DNA from: a virus
DNA: 64,000 bases
Virus record (IMG/VR): IMGVR_UViG_3300009152_000030
Span: 110,118-174,117 of that record
Reading direction: 5' to 3' (one strand)
Position 1 is the first letter of the stretch, and the number at the start of each line of letters is the position of its first letter. This document shows, piece after piece, positions 21,460-32,579 of this stretch. The notes below the pieces were generated by a model. The model was not told where the DNA came from. It ran no database searches and saw only the letters and a program-made list of their open reading frames with translations. A program made the translations under genes and the position numbers.

Positions 21460-23676
21460 ATGAGTATTGCAATTACAATAAGAGTAACTGGTAATCCGGT
21501 TGAGTATGAATATGATATTCAAGTATATACTCATGTTCAACGTGATTATATTTACTATAGACAAGAAGTTAAGTCTAACGAGATTCAACTTGCCTACTTA
21601 GAAACATTACCTATTCTTTCACATGAAGCAATCGAATTAAATTCTTATTTGGAAAATATTATTCCGCCAATTGATACAACAGTATACAGTACAAAAGAAA
21701 ACGTAGTATACAGCGAGAAGAGTAACCTTATCTTTACTACGGTAACTGCGCCGGAGTCATACGGTAAAAAACCATTATTCTTTTGTCACAAGATAAAAGG
21801 AAAAGTTTCTAATGTAAGTTTTATTCCTTGGAAGAATGGGATAGATTCTTCTAACTGGATATATTTAGAGAAATATAATGCTATTTTTTCTGATCTTATG
21901 AATGATCTTGATAGCGAAATTGGAAGATACAATGCTAATTATGTACAGTATACGACTGGCTCAGGTTCAATCTATGCCCAAAGCGGTCAATCTATTAAGG
22001 AAATTTACAAAAGAGAACCATTGTTTTCAGAACAAACAGTATTTGATTATGATGAAGAGACTCTAGAAATTAATGAAAATGCGCCCGTCTACTACAAAAG
22101 TCAAGAAGCCAATGGGCAATGGAAATATCAATTTATAAAGCCGGTAAATGAAACACTATACTATACTGAGTATAGGCAAGCAAAACTCTCGGCAAGAATG
22201 AATCCTGGCTTGCCATTAAACTATAGTTGGCCAATAGAAATTATTGGTAGTTCTCTTACAGTTAAACCAAGCCAAGGGGCCAGCATAACTTATAACTGGG
22301 CAAACCCAGATGCTGATAGGTGGTTTCCTTACTATCCATACCTAACATTAAAAAAACAAGCTTACTATGTTAATAGAACTAGTTTTCAAGTTTTAAATAG
22401 CCATATTGTTTTAAATCCCTCAGAAAGTATTCATCTAACATTTAAAGTCTATAGATACTCAGAGAGCAGTAAAGACTATAACTTATTGTTTGCTCAATCA
22501 ACTGATATTGCTTATGTTGGTAAAAAAATATCCGGAAATTACATAGATAATAATATTATTAAATATACTAAGTTTACTGGCTCAGTAGATTACTCACTTG
22601 GAATAGTTACAATATCAGATCAAGTACCTCTTAATCCAAGAGACAAGATCATTGCAGAGTATGTAGTTAAAGAAGAAGAAAGTGAATATAACTTCTATAA
22701 CGTTAATCCTTTGCACAACAAAAAAGTCCTTGATGGATATCTATTTTTCTTTGCTACCCCAAAGACAGAAAGTGAAAACTCTAAAATATACTGGGCATGG
22801 ATAAAAGATAGATACAATGATGAAATATCTGCATACTCAGAATATGTCTATGATACAAACTATCCAAATAAATCTTTAATCCTAGGATTATTTGTTTCTG
22901 ATTTTAAAGATATGTGTACTTATAACTTTATAGAAAGTTATGTTCCTGACAGTCTTACAGCTGATATGAAATTCTTGCCAATATGTTCTGCTTCTTTTAA
23001 GAAAAAGAAATATACAGAGTTTTCTTCTATTAAAGACCTAAGAGTTCTAGGTGCACTTAAAGAGGATTATGAAATTGAAAAGAAAAACAAAAACGCTGTT
23101 TTTTCTAATATCTTAAATGCTTCTGGCTTTATCAATGTAGATAGTAGTTCTCAAGTTTTTGTCTATATCGACAAAGATCAAAGTTTCTATCCTGATTCTC
23201 TTGATGATTTAAACTTTAAAAACATTATCAATCAAAATCTTCCTGTTACTCTAGTAGGACATCAAAAAAGTATAAACTATGTAGACATTAGTTATTTACA
23301 TATTAAAGGTAGAACTGAGTCAGAAGAACAAATCTTGACCATAAACATGGAAGTTCTCCACAAAGGTAATAGACTTGCAGTTTACGTAGTGGATAATCCA
23401 AACGGTGTTTCTAGCAAAGACATTCTATTAACTACATTGGATGTAGTTGACTACTCAGAGTCAAATGCCGAACTAGAAAGTAATGGCACAGTACGTTATA
23501 CTAAGGAAGTAAATTTAGTGCCGGAGTCTGCAACTAGTACGACTTTAAATGATACTGTAAAAGATTTCATCTATCTTGCTTTCGAATCATATCAATATGA
23601 TCTTGCAACTGGTGAAGAAACTTTGCTTGGCCCAAGATCACAGGTATCTTGCTACTACATAGATAGGAGTCTCTAA
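21460..23676 (+). CDS. virion structural protein
   Basis: 738-aa ORF in the late operon. GSVDYSLGIVTI is the 'VDY..G.I' strand motif that recurs in baseplate proteins. Confidence 0.45.
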   Translation: MSIAITIRVTGNPVEYEYDIQVYTHVQRDYIYYRQEVKSNEIQLAYLETLPILSHEAIELNSYLENIIPPIDTTVYSTKENVVYSEKSNLIFTTVTAPESYGKKPLFFCHKIKGKVSNVSFIPWKNGIDSSNWIYLEKYNAIFSDLMNDLDSEIGRYNANYVQYTTGSGSIYAQSGQSIKEIYKREPLFSEQTVFDYDEETLEINENAPVYYKSQEANGQWKYQFIKPVNETLYYTEYRQAKLSARMNPGLPLNYSWPIEIIGSSLTVKPSQGASITYNWANPDADRWFPYYPYLTLKKQAYYVNRTSFQVLNSHIVLNPSESIHLTFKVYRYSESSKDYNLLFAQSTDIAYVGKKISGNYIDNNIIKYTKFTGSVDYSLGIVTISDQVPLNPRDKIIAEYVVKEEESEYNFYNVNPLHNKKVLDGYLFFFATPKTESENSKIYWAWIKDRYNDEISAYSEYVYDTNYPNKSLILGLFVSDFKDMCTYNFIESYVPDSLTADMKFLPICSASFKKKKYTEFSSIKDLRVLGALKEDYEIEKKNKNAVFSNILNASGFINVDSSSQVFVYIDKDQSFYPDSLDDLNFKNIINQNLPVTLVGHQKSINYVDISYLHIKGRTESEEQILTINMEVLHKGNRLAVYVVDNPNGVSSKDILLTTLDVVDYSESNAELESNGTVRYTKEVNLVPESATSTTLNDTVKDFIYLAFESYQYDLATGEETLLGPRSQVSCYYIDRSL

Positions 23677-24287
23677 TGAATTTATCATGGTTTAGTTCTT
23701 CTCCGTTTACAACGGCAAATAATTTGATTAACGATAATAGTGTTATTAATGCTGTTTATTCCTCTGGAACTCCTGGTGGACAAATTCTTTCCTTCTGGGT
23801 GGTTAATAATGGGAATGAATTACCAAATACAGTTGTTGGAGAATTAGTTAATTTTGGATTTTATATTGACTCTGATAATCCAGAAGACAAAAATAAAATC
23901 TTAGACTTAGCTAGTCTTAAGAATGACGACGACGAGACTCCTTACGGACTTTATATTTTCTTCGGATGGACTGGAAGCAATGTGCCATCTGTTGATAGAG
24001 TTAGTGGATCTAGTGATTCAGAGTTACTTTCTAAGTTTAAAGTATCCTGGACAAAAGGAAATAGTGTAATAAATCCTATTCTTTTATCAGAATCTTATAC
24101 TTTTAATGGATCAAACTATACAAAAAGAACTAATCTTCAAGTGAATGAAGGAAATCTTGATGCCGACAATGAGGGTAAAGGTTCTCTGTATGTTGTTTTG
24201 GCATTAGTTGTTCCTCCCTCAGAGAGTAACTATGGTTCTTTCCTCTCAAAGATTAGATTAAATGCAACGTGCATAAAGGAAATATAA
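23676..24287 (+). CDS. hypothetical (probably virion) protein
   Basis: TAATG coupling and operon context only. Confidence 0.4.
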   Translation: MNLSWFSSSPFTTANNLINDNSVINAVYSSGTPGGQILSFWVVNNGNELPNTVVGELVNFGFYIDSDNPEDKNKILDLASLKNDDDETPYGLYIFFGWTGSNVPSVDRVSGSSDSELLSKFKVSWTKGNSVINPILLSESYTFNGSNYTKRTNLQVNEGNLDADNEGKGSLYVVLALVVPPSESNYGSFLSKIRLNATCIKEI

Positions 24288-24677
24288 ATGATGTGGCAGG
24301 AAAAAGGAAATAATAATATTTGGTTGATTGAAAAGACACCAGTCTTTAATCTAAGGTCACCGGGAGTAACATTAAGTTTTCCTAATAAAAATATTGTTAT
24401 TGACTTATCTGGTATATATTCAATAAGAAAAAGAAGAATTATAAGAGATAATAGTTACGAGATAGTTTACAAGGTAACTATTGAAGAAATCCTCACAACT
24501 AGTAAGTTTGTTGGAATTGAGGAGATAGAAAGTCGAGAAACAAAAGTTGATCTTATCTTTCCAATCATCAAAACAATAAATAGTCTATCTGGTAAACGTC
24601 AGCGCCGCTTGCTAGTCAGTGAAAGAAGAAAAGCAATTGAATTTTCAGTTAATTCTCAAGGTAAAGTTATAGGATAA
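24288..24677 (+). CDS. hypothetical protein
   Basis: AAGGA RBS; abuts both neighbours. Confidence 0.45.
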   Translation: MMWQEKGNNNIWLIEKTPVFNLRSPGVTLSFPNKNIVIDLSGIYSIRKRRIIRDNSYEIVYKVTIEEILTTSKFVGIEEIESRETKVDLIFPIIKTINSLSGKRQRRLLVSERRKAIEFSVNSQGKVIG

Positions 24678-24679
24678 CT

Positions 24680-26053
24680 ATGTCTGAACAATGTTACTTT
24701 ATAAATCCTAACTTTACTGCTAATACAACTATAGCTCAACCTTACTTCAATACTTTTGATATTGCAGGAAGAGTGCAAATTGTTGAGTCTATGTTCACTG
24801 ATCTTTCTCTAACAGTCCAAAGAGGAATGGTTGGCTTGGATGGTCTAATGAATAGACAAAAGAAACAGCAACTTACTCTAATGAATATGATGAGAGATGT
24901 AACTAGTGATTTATTTATAGAAAAAGCCTTTGTAACACTAGGCATAACAAAGTCGAAAGACACATTTAATGTTTGGCAATCATCTTGGCCTATTCTAGAG
25001 TGGGATACTATTGTAATAGATAAAGTGTCGAAAGAATTTGAAATAATTCAAGGAGATTTTAAGGCTCAAATAGTTGACAATGCTATTGTGAGTATAGATA
25101 CCGATACCCTAGGAACATATACAAGGGTTCACTATCGACTTTCTTCTGGAAAGGTTGCACCTGTAATAGTGGAAATTTCTAAAGATAAAGTTGCAAGTAA
25201 AAATAATATAAATCAGATATATATAAAAACACCACAAAGTGATTTCAATTTGTATCAAGATTTTTTTTCCAATGAAATTGGAATATCTAATGAAATAGAC
25301 CGTTTGATTATTCCAACAATGGTTTCTGAGTTAATTATATTTTATAAGAATACTCTTATAGATAAAAGAAACCATTTATATGTGAAAGCTTACCCGGTAG
25401 AGGCTCTAAGAGATGAGATTATAAGCGGAGAAACAACCTGGAAAACTGACACTGAAATATCTAACATCTCAGTGCTGAGTTTAGGTGAATACAATATCTG
25501 TGATCTAACTATTATTGCAGAAAATAGAACTTATAAAATGCAGTGTGGAAGCTCATTTACTAATAATTTTTCCAGATTAGATCTTCTAGGTTATTCCCCT
25601 AGTCTGAACGCAACTTACTTTAAGTTTCCATTCCCTGTAGATCTAACAGATACAATTACTATTTATAAGAATTTGAATACAGGTGTTCCAATATTAGATT
25701 GGGAGTATAGTTTTACTAGCGCATTAGGACCTTGGGATCCGGCTGAGAAACTTAGTGATTCTCAACAGGTATATCCTGTTACGGAGTTTACAGCTGCCAA
25801 AAAAGAGCTATACATTAAAGTAAATACATTCTGCGATAGTGGATATGCCCGCTATACTGGAAGTCAAGGAATAAACTGCAGTTGGCCTCTTAGTGAGGAT
25901 AAAAAATTTTTATGGACAGGTGGAAAAATTGAGTGTAAAGTAACTGGACCTATGCAGATTACTGCAAGAATAACATCTGGCTATAATCAGTTTAATTGGA
26001 ATAGTGAACTTTTAAATTTTATTTTTCCACTTGGACAAATAGGAATTAGTTAA
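24680..26053 (+). CDS. hypothetical virion protein
   Basis: 457-aa ORF with an N-terminal helical/coiled segment followed by a beta-rich body, like the next two genes. Confidence 0.45.
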   Translation: MSEQCYFINPNFTANTTIAQPYFNTFDIAGRVQIVESMFTDLSLTVQRGMVGLDGLMNRQKKQQLTLMNMMRDVTSDLFIEKAFVTLGITKSKDTFNVWQSSWPILEWDTIVIDKVSKEFEIIQGDFKAQIVDNAIVSIDTDTLGTYTRVHYRLSSGKVAPVIVEISKDKVASKNNINQIYIKTPQSDFNLYQDFFSNEIGISNEIDRLIIPTMVSELIIFYKNTLIDKRNHLYVKAYPVEALRDEIISGETTWKTDTEISNISVLSLGEYNICDLTIIAENRTYKMQCGSSFTNNFSRLDLLGYSPSLNATYFKFPFPVDLTDTITIYKNLNTGVPILDWEYSFTSALGPWDPAEKLSDSQQVYPVTEFTAAKKELYIKVNTFCDSGYARYTGSQGINCSWPLSEDKKFLWTGGKIECKVTGPMQITARITSGYNQFNWNSELLNFIFPLGQIGIS

Positions 26054-28654
26054 ATGATAAAGAAAATCAAAAACAAACTATATGATATTGAGTCAAAAGT
26101 AAGTGGAAACTTCATTGTCCCAATTGAGATAAGTGCTCCAGGCGATACCTTAGCTATTCCAACTGTCCTTAGGCATAGTACTCTTATTAAAGGTAACACT
26201 TCGGATCCTATTACTTCAGTAAATGCGGAGATGCAATCTTTAGAGTTATGCTATGCTGACTTACTGCGACTTTCTACTATTTTTTATAATAGTAGAGAAT
26301 ATCAGTTAAAAAATTTAAAGCAAAGATATGATCTTCTTAGATTAAGAAAGCAAGGACTGACTAGTCTAGGTCTAGGAGTAAAGACTAGTGCTATACAGCT
26401 AAATGATAAAAAGTTATTAGTGGCAAGTAATACCTATGAGTTTGTTAATTCTGGAATTACTGGAAAGCCAACAAAAATAGAACTAGTTACTCCTAAAACT
26501 TTTGGGATTAGCACAGACTCAAACATTATTGTTGGAGATTCACGAAATAAAATTTTAAATTCTTTAGCTGATAGTATTTTTAGTTCAGATCAAAATGATT
26601 TATTCTCAGTACATCGGCGAGATGGAACAGATCTAAGTCTCATTATGTTTTTTGAATTCAAAAAAAAGAAAGAAATTATTAATGAGTTAATGATTAAGCT
26701 TATTGAAAAGCGCGGTCAAGAAGTTAAAATAGCTCTTTACGATATTGAAAGCCAAGAGTTAGTTTACTCTGGTCTATATAGTCCTGAGCCTATTCTGTTT
26801 GAAAAGCCAGTCAAAACATCTGGCTTAGAAATGGTTATTACATCTACTGGTATCCAAGGAAACCAACTAGATATTATTGAAATAGTATTCTATAGAAAGA
26901 CATTCAGAAATTCTTTGGGCAATGGTACTTACGGATTAAAAGCTACTACAGTAAATATGCCGTCATTCTCAGGCAAATATCTTACACTTGAAGATATAAC
27001 CCTGCAATATCCTTCTCACAAGTCTCTTCTTGATTTTGAAGTTAAATCTAATAACGAAAAATTATTTGCCTTAAGAGATGAAGAGCAACTAAGTGGACCA
27101 TATATTGATCCTAACTTTGAATTTACTTGCACTTTAAAAGACCCTAATACACTCTTAGAGTACCTAGGAGATCTTGAGTATGAGAAGTGTAGGATAGACC
27201 AAATCAACGACTCTTATAAGCTTTTTTCATCTATAATGACTGAAGATTCATATAAGATCACAAGAAATATTCCTGGGAATGAAGACGAAAATTTAGTTTT
27301 ACTTCCATTAAATATTAAAAATTTTGAAAGTTTTTTTATTGTCAAGGTTAATGGTGAAAGGTATTCGCAAATAGCAGAGTCTGACACCTATGATGGAAGA
27401 ACTTATAAAGTTGTCTTCACTGGAGATGGTTATATTTTTAAGTTTAAAAGTGTTGTTCAAAACTCTGAAATACTTATCAATGTCAATGGGTGTCCATCTT
27501 ATGTTGAAAAAGTAGAAAATGATTATAAAATAGTTTTTCCATGGCTAGGCCTTGGAACAACAGTAGCTTTCCATTATCCTACTAGCCAAGTTTCAACTTC
27601 AAAAGTTATTGATACTAGTTCATCAGTCATGAACTTGGACTGTAAAAGTATTGTTAGATTATCAATTGATAATTCGGCTTTTACAGAAAAACCCTTAGGG
27701 GCTGTTCTAGGAACAAACAATTATTCAGTTGATTATGCAAATGGATTCTTGTACAGAGGAACAGATATTAGTGGAAGAGTTTCAATTGTTCACTTTAACA
27801 GTAAAATGCATTCAACAAAAATATTGCATGATACTTACTCAGTAAAGATTCCAAACATAGAACAAAGTGAAAGACGTGATAACTCCGGTATCTCTATAAT
27901 CAATGTTAATAGTAGCATTGCCAATTTGAATAAAGTGAATTTTTTTAGCTATCACAAAGACAACGTATTAAAAGTTAATGTAAATAATGAGTTGAATTAC
28001 ATTCAAATCCCATCTGCATTGTCTTTAGTTAGGGGCTCTATTGTTCTAACTAATAGTACGACTTCAAAAAAAGAAATGCTATTCTATAATGGTATTGATG
28101 AATTAAATGATGAAAGTAAGGTTTTTGTTTATTATGACTATGTCGGACTAACAAATTCTTTACATGAATATAAAATAAGACACTACTCTAGGATTCCAGG
28201 GAATTTGTCCTCTTTAAAAATAGAAGTTCAAGATGTATATTTTTCGAATAGAAAGGGACTTAGAAGTCAAATTTCAAACGAAGGAGATTACTATTTTGAA
28301 AGTGAGACAGCAACCGAACTTGTAGGAAGATCTCTCTTTATAAAGTTAGACCAAAAGCCACCTTCTAGTATTCCAGTAACAATTACTACCACTGAAGTAG
28401 ATAATACTTTTAGTGTAGACTATTTACGTAATAGAATCTATATGAATAACCTTGGTACATTTACTGGAAATGTGAAGTTTTCTTATACAAGTTTATTATT
28501 AAAAGACTTTGAAGTTGCAATAGAGGTTAACAAAAAAGAAATCTGGGCTCCAAATGAATATGGAGTTATTGCCTCAAACCAAAAAGATTTAAGTGAACTT
28601 TTACCTTACTTTAGTCCAGTAGTAAAGTCTTTTTCTATAGGAATCATTGGCTAA
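26054..28654 (+). CDS. virion structural protein
   Basis: 866 aa. N-terminal coiled coil and repeated YSVDYANG/FSVDYLRN motifs. ISNEGDYYF echoes VASSGDYYY of 13288..14190. Confidence 0.5.
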   Translation: MIKKIKNKLYDIESKVSGNFIVPIEISAPGDTLAIPTVLRHSTLIKGNTSDPITSVNAEMQSLELCYADLLRLSTIFYNSREYQLKNLKQRYDLLRLRKQGLTSLGLGVKTSAIQLNDKKLLVASNTYEFVNSGITGKPTKIELVTPKTFGISTDSNIIVGDSRNKILNSLADSIFSSDQNDLFSVHRRDGTDLSLIMFFEFKKKKEIINELMIKLIEKRGQEVKIALYDIESQELVYSGLYSPEPILFEKPVKTSGLEMVITSTGIQGNQLDIIEIVFYRKTFRNSLGNGTYGLKATTVNMPSFSGKYLTLEDITLQYPSHKSLLDFEVKSNNEKLFALRDEEQLSGPYIDPNFEFTCTLKDPNTLLEYLGDLEYEKCRIDQINDSYKLFSSIMTEDSYKITRNIPGNEDENLVLLPLNIKNFESFFIVKVNGERYSQIAESDTYDGRTYKVVFTGDGYIFKFKSVVQNSEILINVNGCPSYVEKVENDYKIVFPWLGLGTTVAFHYPTSQVSTSKVIDTSSSVMNLDCKSIVRLSIDNSAFTEKPLGAVLGTNNYSVDYANGFLYRGTDISGRVSIVHFNSKMHSTKILHDTYSVKIPNIEQSERRDNSGISIINVNSSIANLNKVNFFSYHKDNVLKVNVNNELNYIQIPSALSLVRGSIVLTNSTTSKKEMLFYNGIDELNDESKVFVYYDYVGLTNSLHEYKIRHYSRIPGNLSSLKIEVQDVYFSNRKGLRSQISNEGDYYFESETATELVGRSLFIKLDQKPPSSIPVTITTTEVDNTFSVDYLRNRIYMNNLGTFTGNVKFSYTSLLLKDFEVAIEVNKKEIWAPNEYGVIASNQKDLSELLPYFSPVVKSFSIGIIG

Positions 28655-30816
28655 TGAATATAACATTTGAAAATAAACTCTTTCATGGAAAAATAGAAGA
28701 CTCATTAACAGAGTCACTTATTCCTGTTGATAAAAATCTGTTCAATAATCCTTCTGTTCTGTCAGGAAAAATAACAGAACTAAGACAAAGAAGTGATCAG
28801 TTACAAGATCTAATTTACAGAAAGGCTATTGGTTTAGAGAGACAAATAATTGATTGGAATCTTGCATATCCTAAAATGCTTGTACAGCTAGAGGAATATG
28901 AGAAACATATCAATGACCAGTTATTTCTTAGAAGCGACAGCGATGGTTTCTTTAAAGTAATAGGAGACAATTTTAGTACATCTTCTAAGTTTGATCAGGC
29001 TTTAAGTAGCCAAGTTGTACTTGATGAGGCTTTACATAGCGTATCCCTAGAACACTCTATGGAACCTGCAAAGTTAACTTTACCAGCAGGCGCGTATTCA
29101 ATTAATATGTATATGGCTCCAGGTTCTGGGAATGACAGAATTGTTCCAGTGTATGGAAGTAACTTAAATAATCTTTTTGCAAGTAGTATGTCCAGTTGGA
29201 CTGGGCAAGTCATTACAGATGAACCAAAAAAGGTTTCTGTAATTCTTGAAATTGTTTTTCCGGAAACAAGAGAGGTTGGTGAATTAGCAATATCAGTTGT
29301 TGATTCTTCATTAAGTGGGTCTATAGACGCAATATCAATAGACAGTGAAAACGTTGCAACGCCAATTGTTCAAGGACAAGCTATTACTAACACTAACACA
29401 GTCCTAGTAAATAGAGCAGTAAAGAAAATTAATATACAAATTACAAAATCTAATTACGATGAGAAATATGATAGTGGAAAATATAGATATATTTTTCATA
29501 TCAAACGACTTGCTATAAAAGTCTCTACAGATGGATATGAAATAGAAGGTAAATTCAGATCTGTTGGAGAAAGTGTACAAGCGTCTAAGTTTGCAATAGA
29601 AGTTTGTGACTTTGAAGATGATGAGACAGCAATTCATTATTATATTGTTGCCAAAAATCTTTCTGGACTTACTAATGGTGGCTATGCCGTTCCAGTTGGA
29701 AGTAGCTCTGGACTAAATGCAATCTTAGCATTTAACTATTCAAGTCTCCCAATTGCTAATCCAGGCGATGAGACAGGCTATTATGCTGATGTACTTCCCT
29801 ATCTTACAATTGAAACTGGTGGCGAAAATTATGAAGTTAATGATCTTCTTATGTTTCGTGGAGACAATCTTGGCGGTCAATCTCCTGGCAATGATCTCTA
29901 CATTAGAGTTACAGATGTAAGTGAGTCTGGTAGCCTTGTTAGTTTTGATGTTATAAGTGGAACCTATTTTCTAGGTCAGGTTGCTGAGATCACTCCGCTT
30001 AACAAGCCTCCTGGTTCGGCCCCTTACTTCTTCAGTCTAAATGAGAACAATATAACAAATAATTATATTGTTCCTAATGCACTAGACACTACTAAAGCTA
30101 GTTCAGAAATACTAACATCACTTGGGTCTTATGGATTTTTGCAAGAGTACAACTATCACTATGTAAATCAAGTCCTAAGCCCAACTATAAATTCTCTTGA
30201 TTCCATTAATCTTTTTGGTAATTACGTTTCAAAAAACTCAGTAGAAGATTTACTTGAGTCTAAGGACGGATATTATATGACTTGGGTATATGCTGATGGA
30301 ACAATAAATTCTGAGATAAATGTGGGAGATTCTGGAGTTATATTTGAGGGATTAGTTCCTACTAACAAAGTATATAGGTTTACCAAAAATGGGTGGTACA
30401 AAGTTAAGATTCCTATCACGTCATATACAGATGTGGGAAATATTTTTTCGGATAACGAAAATTTAAGAAATCTAGATACTAAATATCCATATAATGGAAA
30501 ATATCTAATAGAAGGAACTAATCTTAATCTTGATCCTTATAAAGGGTTTAAAATAAGAGCAAAGAAAAAGTTTACTCGTTGCCATAGTTTAGCAAATCTT
30601 GGGAAAGAAAACTTTTATCTTATGGCATTTAATCCAAGTCAATACATTTTAGTATTACATAATCAAGTAGATATAAAAGACGCTTATGTTGAATTCCCTA
30701 GACAAACTGGTTTTGCAACACAAAGCAAAGAAGTGTCTTTGATTGCTAAATTTAAAACAACAAACACATCAAAAACACCTATCTTAGGTAGTTATAAAAT
30801 AAAGTTAGGAGAATAG
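28654..30816 (+). CDS. virion structural protein
   Basis: 720 aa. N-terminal coiled coil and C-terminal SKTPILGSYKIK (TP.L..Y.I end motif of phage baseplate proteins). Contains an inserted GGENYEVND...LGGQSPGNDLYIRVT module. Confidence 0.5.
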   Translation: MNITFENKLFHGKIEDSLTESLIPVDKNLFNNPSVLSGKITELRQRSDQLQDLIYRKAIGLERQIIDWNLAYPKMLVQLEEYEKHINDQLFLRSDSDGFFKVIGDNFSTSSKFDQALSSQVVLDEALHSVSLEHSMEPAKLTLPAGAYSINMYMAPGSGNDRIVPVYGSNLNNLFASSMSSWTGQVITDEPKKVSVILEIVFPETREVGELAISVVDSSLSGSIDAISIDSENVATPIVQGQAITNTNTVLVNRAVKKINIQITKSNYDEKYDSGKYRYIFHIKRLAIKVSTDGYEIEGKFRSVGESVQASKFAIEVCDFEDDETAIHYYIVAKNLSGLTNGGYAVPVGSSSGLNAILAFNYSSLPIANPGDETGYYADVLPYLTIETGGENYEVNDLLMFRGDNLGGQSPGNDLYIRVTDVSESGSLVSFDVISGTYFLGQVAEITPLNKPPGSAPYFFSLNENNITNNYIVPNALDTTKASSEILTSLGSYGFLQEYNYHYVNQVLSPTINSLDSINLFGNYVSKNSVEDLLESKDGYYMTWVYADGTINSEINVGDSGVIFEGLVPTNKVYRFTKNGWYKVKIPITSYTDVGNIFSDNENLRNLDTKYPYNGKYLIEGTNLNLDPYKGFKIRAKKKFTRCHSLANLGKENFYLMAFNPSQYILVLHNQVDIKDAYVEFPRQTGFATQSKEVSLIAKFKTTNTSKTPILGSYKIKLGE

Positions 30817-30817
30817 T

Positions 30818-32578
30818 ATGGCGCAGATAACTCCAGTAGGAACAGTTGATGTCGGTATTTTTATAAATCCAAATACTTTTACTCGTCAGATTGCCAAGTC
30901 TTATGAAATTGTTGGTAACAGAATAAACTTACTTTCAACTATTTTTACCTCTGGGCAAAGATCGCCAGTTCGCGTGTCAGATACTAGATGGACATTCAAT
31001 ATACCTTCTAATTTGAGTGCAAATGGCAGTATAAACGATAGCGCTAACGGACTAGATGGTACTACTATCTACACCTATGCCGGTGCTGATTACCTACTAA
31101 AGAATCCATTATTTTTAGTGACTAACAATCTAGTTACGACAGAGGTAAGACCAGCTACTATATATGAGTCTTTCCTAAAGATGATGGAATATATAGATAC
31201 ACAAATAGCTACTAGATACCAGGCTGTTCTTAGCGCAACTAATACTGGCGGCGGCACTGCTGGCAATGCAGATACTGGACTGATTACATTTGATAATGTA
31301 AGAATTATTGGTGCAGGAACAGCCAGTGGTGACCTTAGTGGCTATGGTACGATAGAACTTGTCCCAGATCTTAATCGATATATTCATGAACAATATTTAG
31401 TTATTGATCCTACTACTGGTGGACATATTCATATTCGTGCTGGAGGAGATCAAGATGCATCAAACAGTGTACTATTCTTAGGGGCAGAAAATACTCATGT
31501 TCGGGTATCAAACAATGATAGCGAACTAGGTGATGTAAGAGACAATACAGTTTCTATTCGGACATATAATGCTACAGATGAACTGTCTTATGACTGGGTC
31601 TTTAATAACGATGGAAGAATTTCTCTTCCTACAAAAGAAATTACTGGATATCAATACAATTACATACTGGAAGGAAATACGCTACAATTAGGTACCCCTA
31701 ATGTTGAAACTGTTATTACGGGACCAGCTGCAAATAGTACCTATCCTAACGCATCGCGTCTTGTCATACAAGGACAGCAAGGATATGGAACCGGCGAGGG
31801 CGGCGATATTTATATTTGGGGAGGTTGCGGTGATAATGAAGGACTTCCAGATCCTGGAACGTTAGGAGCTCCCGGCGGTAATGTAAAGGTACGAGGTGGT
31901 TACTCTTATGGAACTGCAGATGCTGGATATGTTAATATCCAAGGAGGCTTTCCTATTGGCAGTGGTGATGGTGGATATATTAATCTTCATGCCGGTGAGG
32001 CTAGTTCGGGATATGGTGGAAATATTTCTATTAAGGCCGGGCTTGCGTTATCTGGCACTGGAGGAGATGTAAGAATTGAAGCAGGAAGCGGGGATACTTC
32101 AGATGGTTCTGTATATATAAAAACAAGCAATATTGGTGTTGGTACTAGCGAATGGCAATTTGATGATAGTGGAAATATAATTTTACCTGCTGGTGGAGAT
32201 ATTTTAAACAGTGAAGGTAATTCAGTATTAAGTCCTGGAGTAGAAACTGTTTACGCTGAAACACTTGACACAGCAAGTGGACCTTATACTCTTGCATCAA
32301 AATTAGTCTCAACCTTAAGTAAATATACCCATTTAATAGATGCAGATGGAGCAGTACAAATTACACTACCAGATGATATGACAACTCCTATTGAGTATAC
32401 TATTGTAGATATAAGTGGCACCGCTGGAACTAATACAATATCAGTATATCCTGCTTCAGGCCATTCAGTTATCAGTGCACCGGCTTATCCACCTTTAATA
32501 ATAAATACGAATTACGGAGTAACTAGTTTTAAATGGATACCCGATTTAACTTCTTGGATCATACTTTACGGGAGATAA
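30818..32578 (+). CDS. tail fibre protein A (Gly-rich GGx[VI]xIxGG repeats)
   Basis: Repeats GGDIYIWGG, GGNVKVRGG, AGYVNIQGG, GGYINLHAG, GGNISIKAG and GGDVRIEAG. The C-terminal ITLP...YTIVD...NTISV...INTNYG...W domain is typical of fibre tips. Confidence 0.65.
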   Translation: MAQITPVGTVDVGIFINPNTFTRQIAKSYEIVGNRINLLSTIFTSGQRSPVRVSDTRWTFNIPSNLSANGSINDSANGLDGTTIYTYAGADYLLKNPLFLVTNNLVTTEVRPATIYESFLKMMEYIDTQIATRYQAVLSATNTGGGTAGNADTGLITFDNVRIIGAGTASGDLSGYGTIELVPDLNRYIHEQYLVIDPTTGGHIHIRAGGDQDASNSVLFLGAENTHVRVSNNDSELGDVRDNTVSIRTYNATDELSYDWVFNNDGRISLPTKEITGYQYNYILEGNTLQLGTPNVETVITGPAANSTYPNASRLVIQGQQGYGTGEGGDIYIWGGCGDNEGLPDPGTLGAPGGNVKVRGGYSYGTADAGYVNIQGGFPIGSGDGGYINLHAGEASSGYGGNISIKAGLALSGTGGDVRIEAGSGDTSDGSVYIKTSNIGVGTSEWQFDDSGNIILPAGGDILNSEGNSVLSPGVETVYAETLDTASGPYTLASKLVSTLSKYTHLIDADGAVQITLPDDMTTPIEYTIVDISGTAGTNTISVYPASGHSVISAPAYPPLIINTNYGVTSFKWIPDLTSWIILYGR

Positions 32579-32579
32579 A

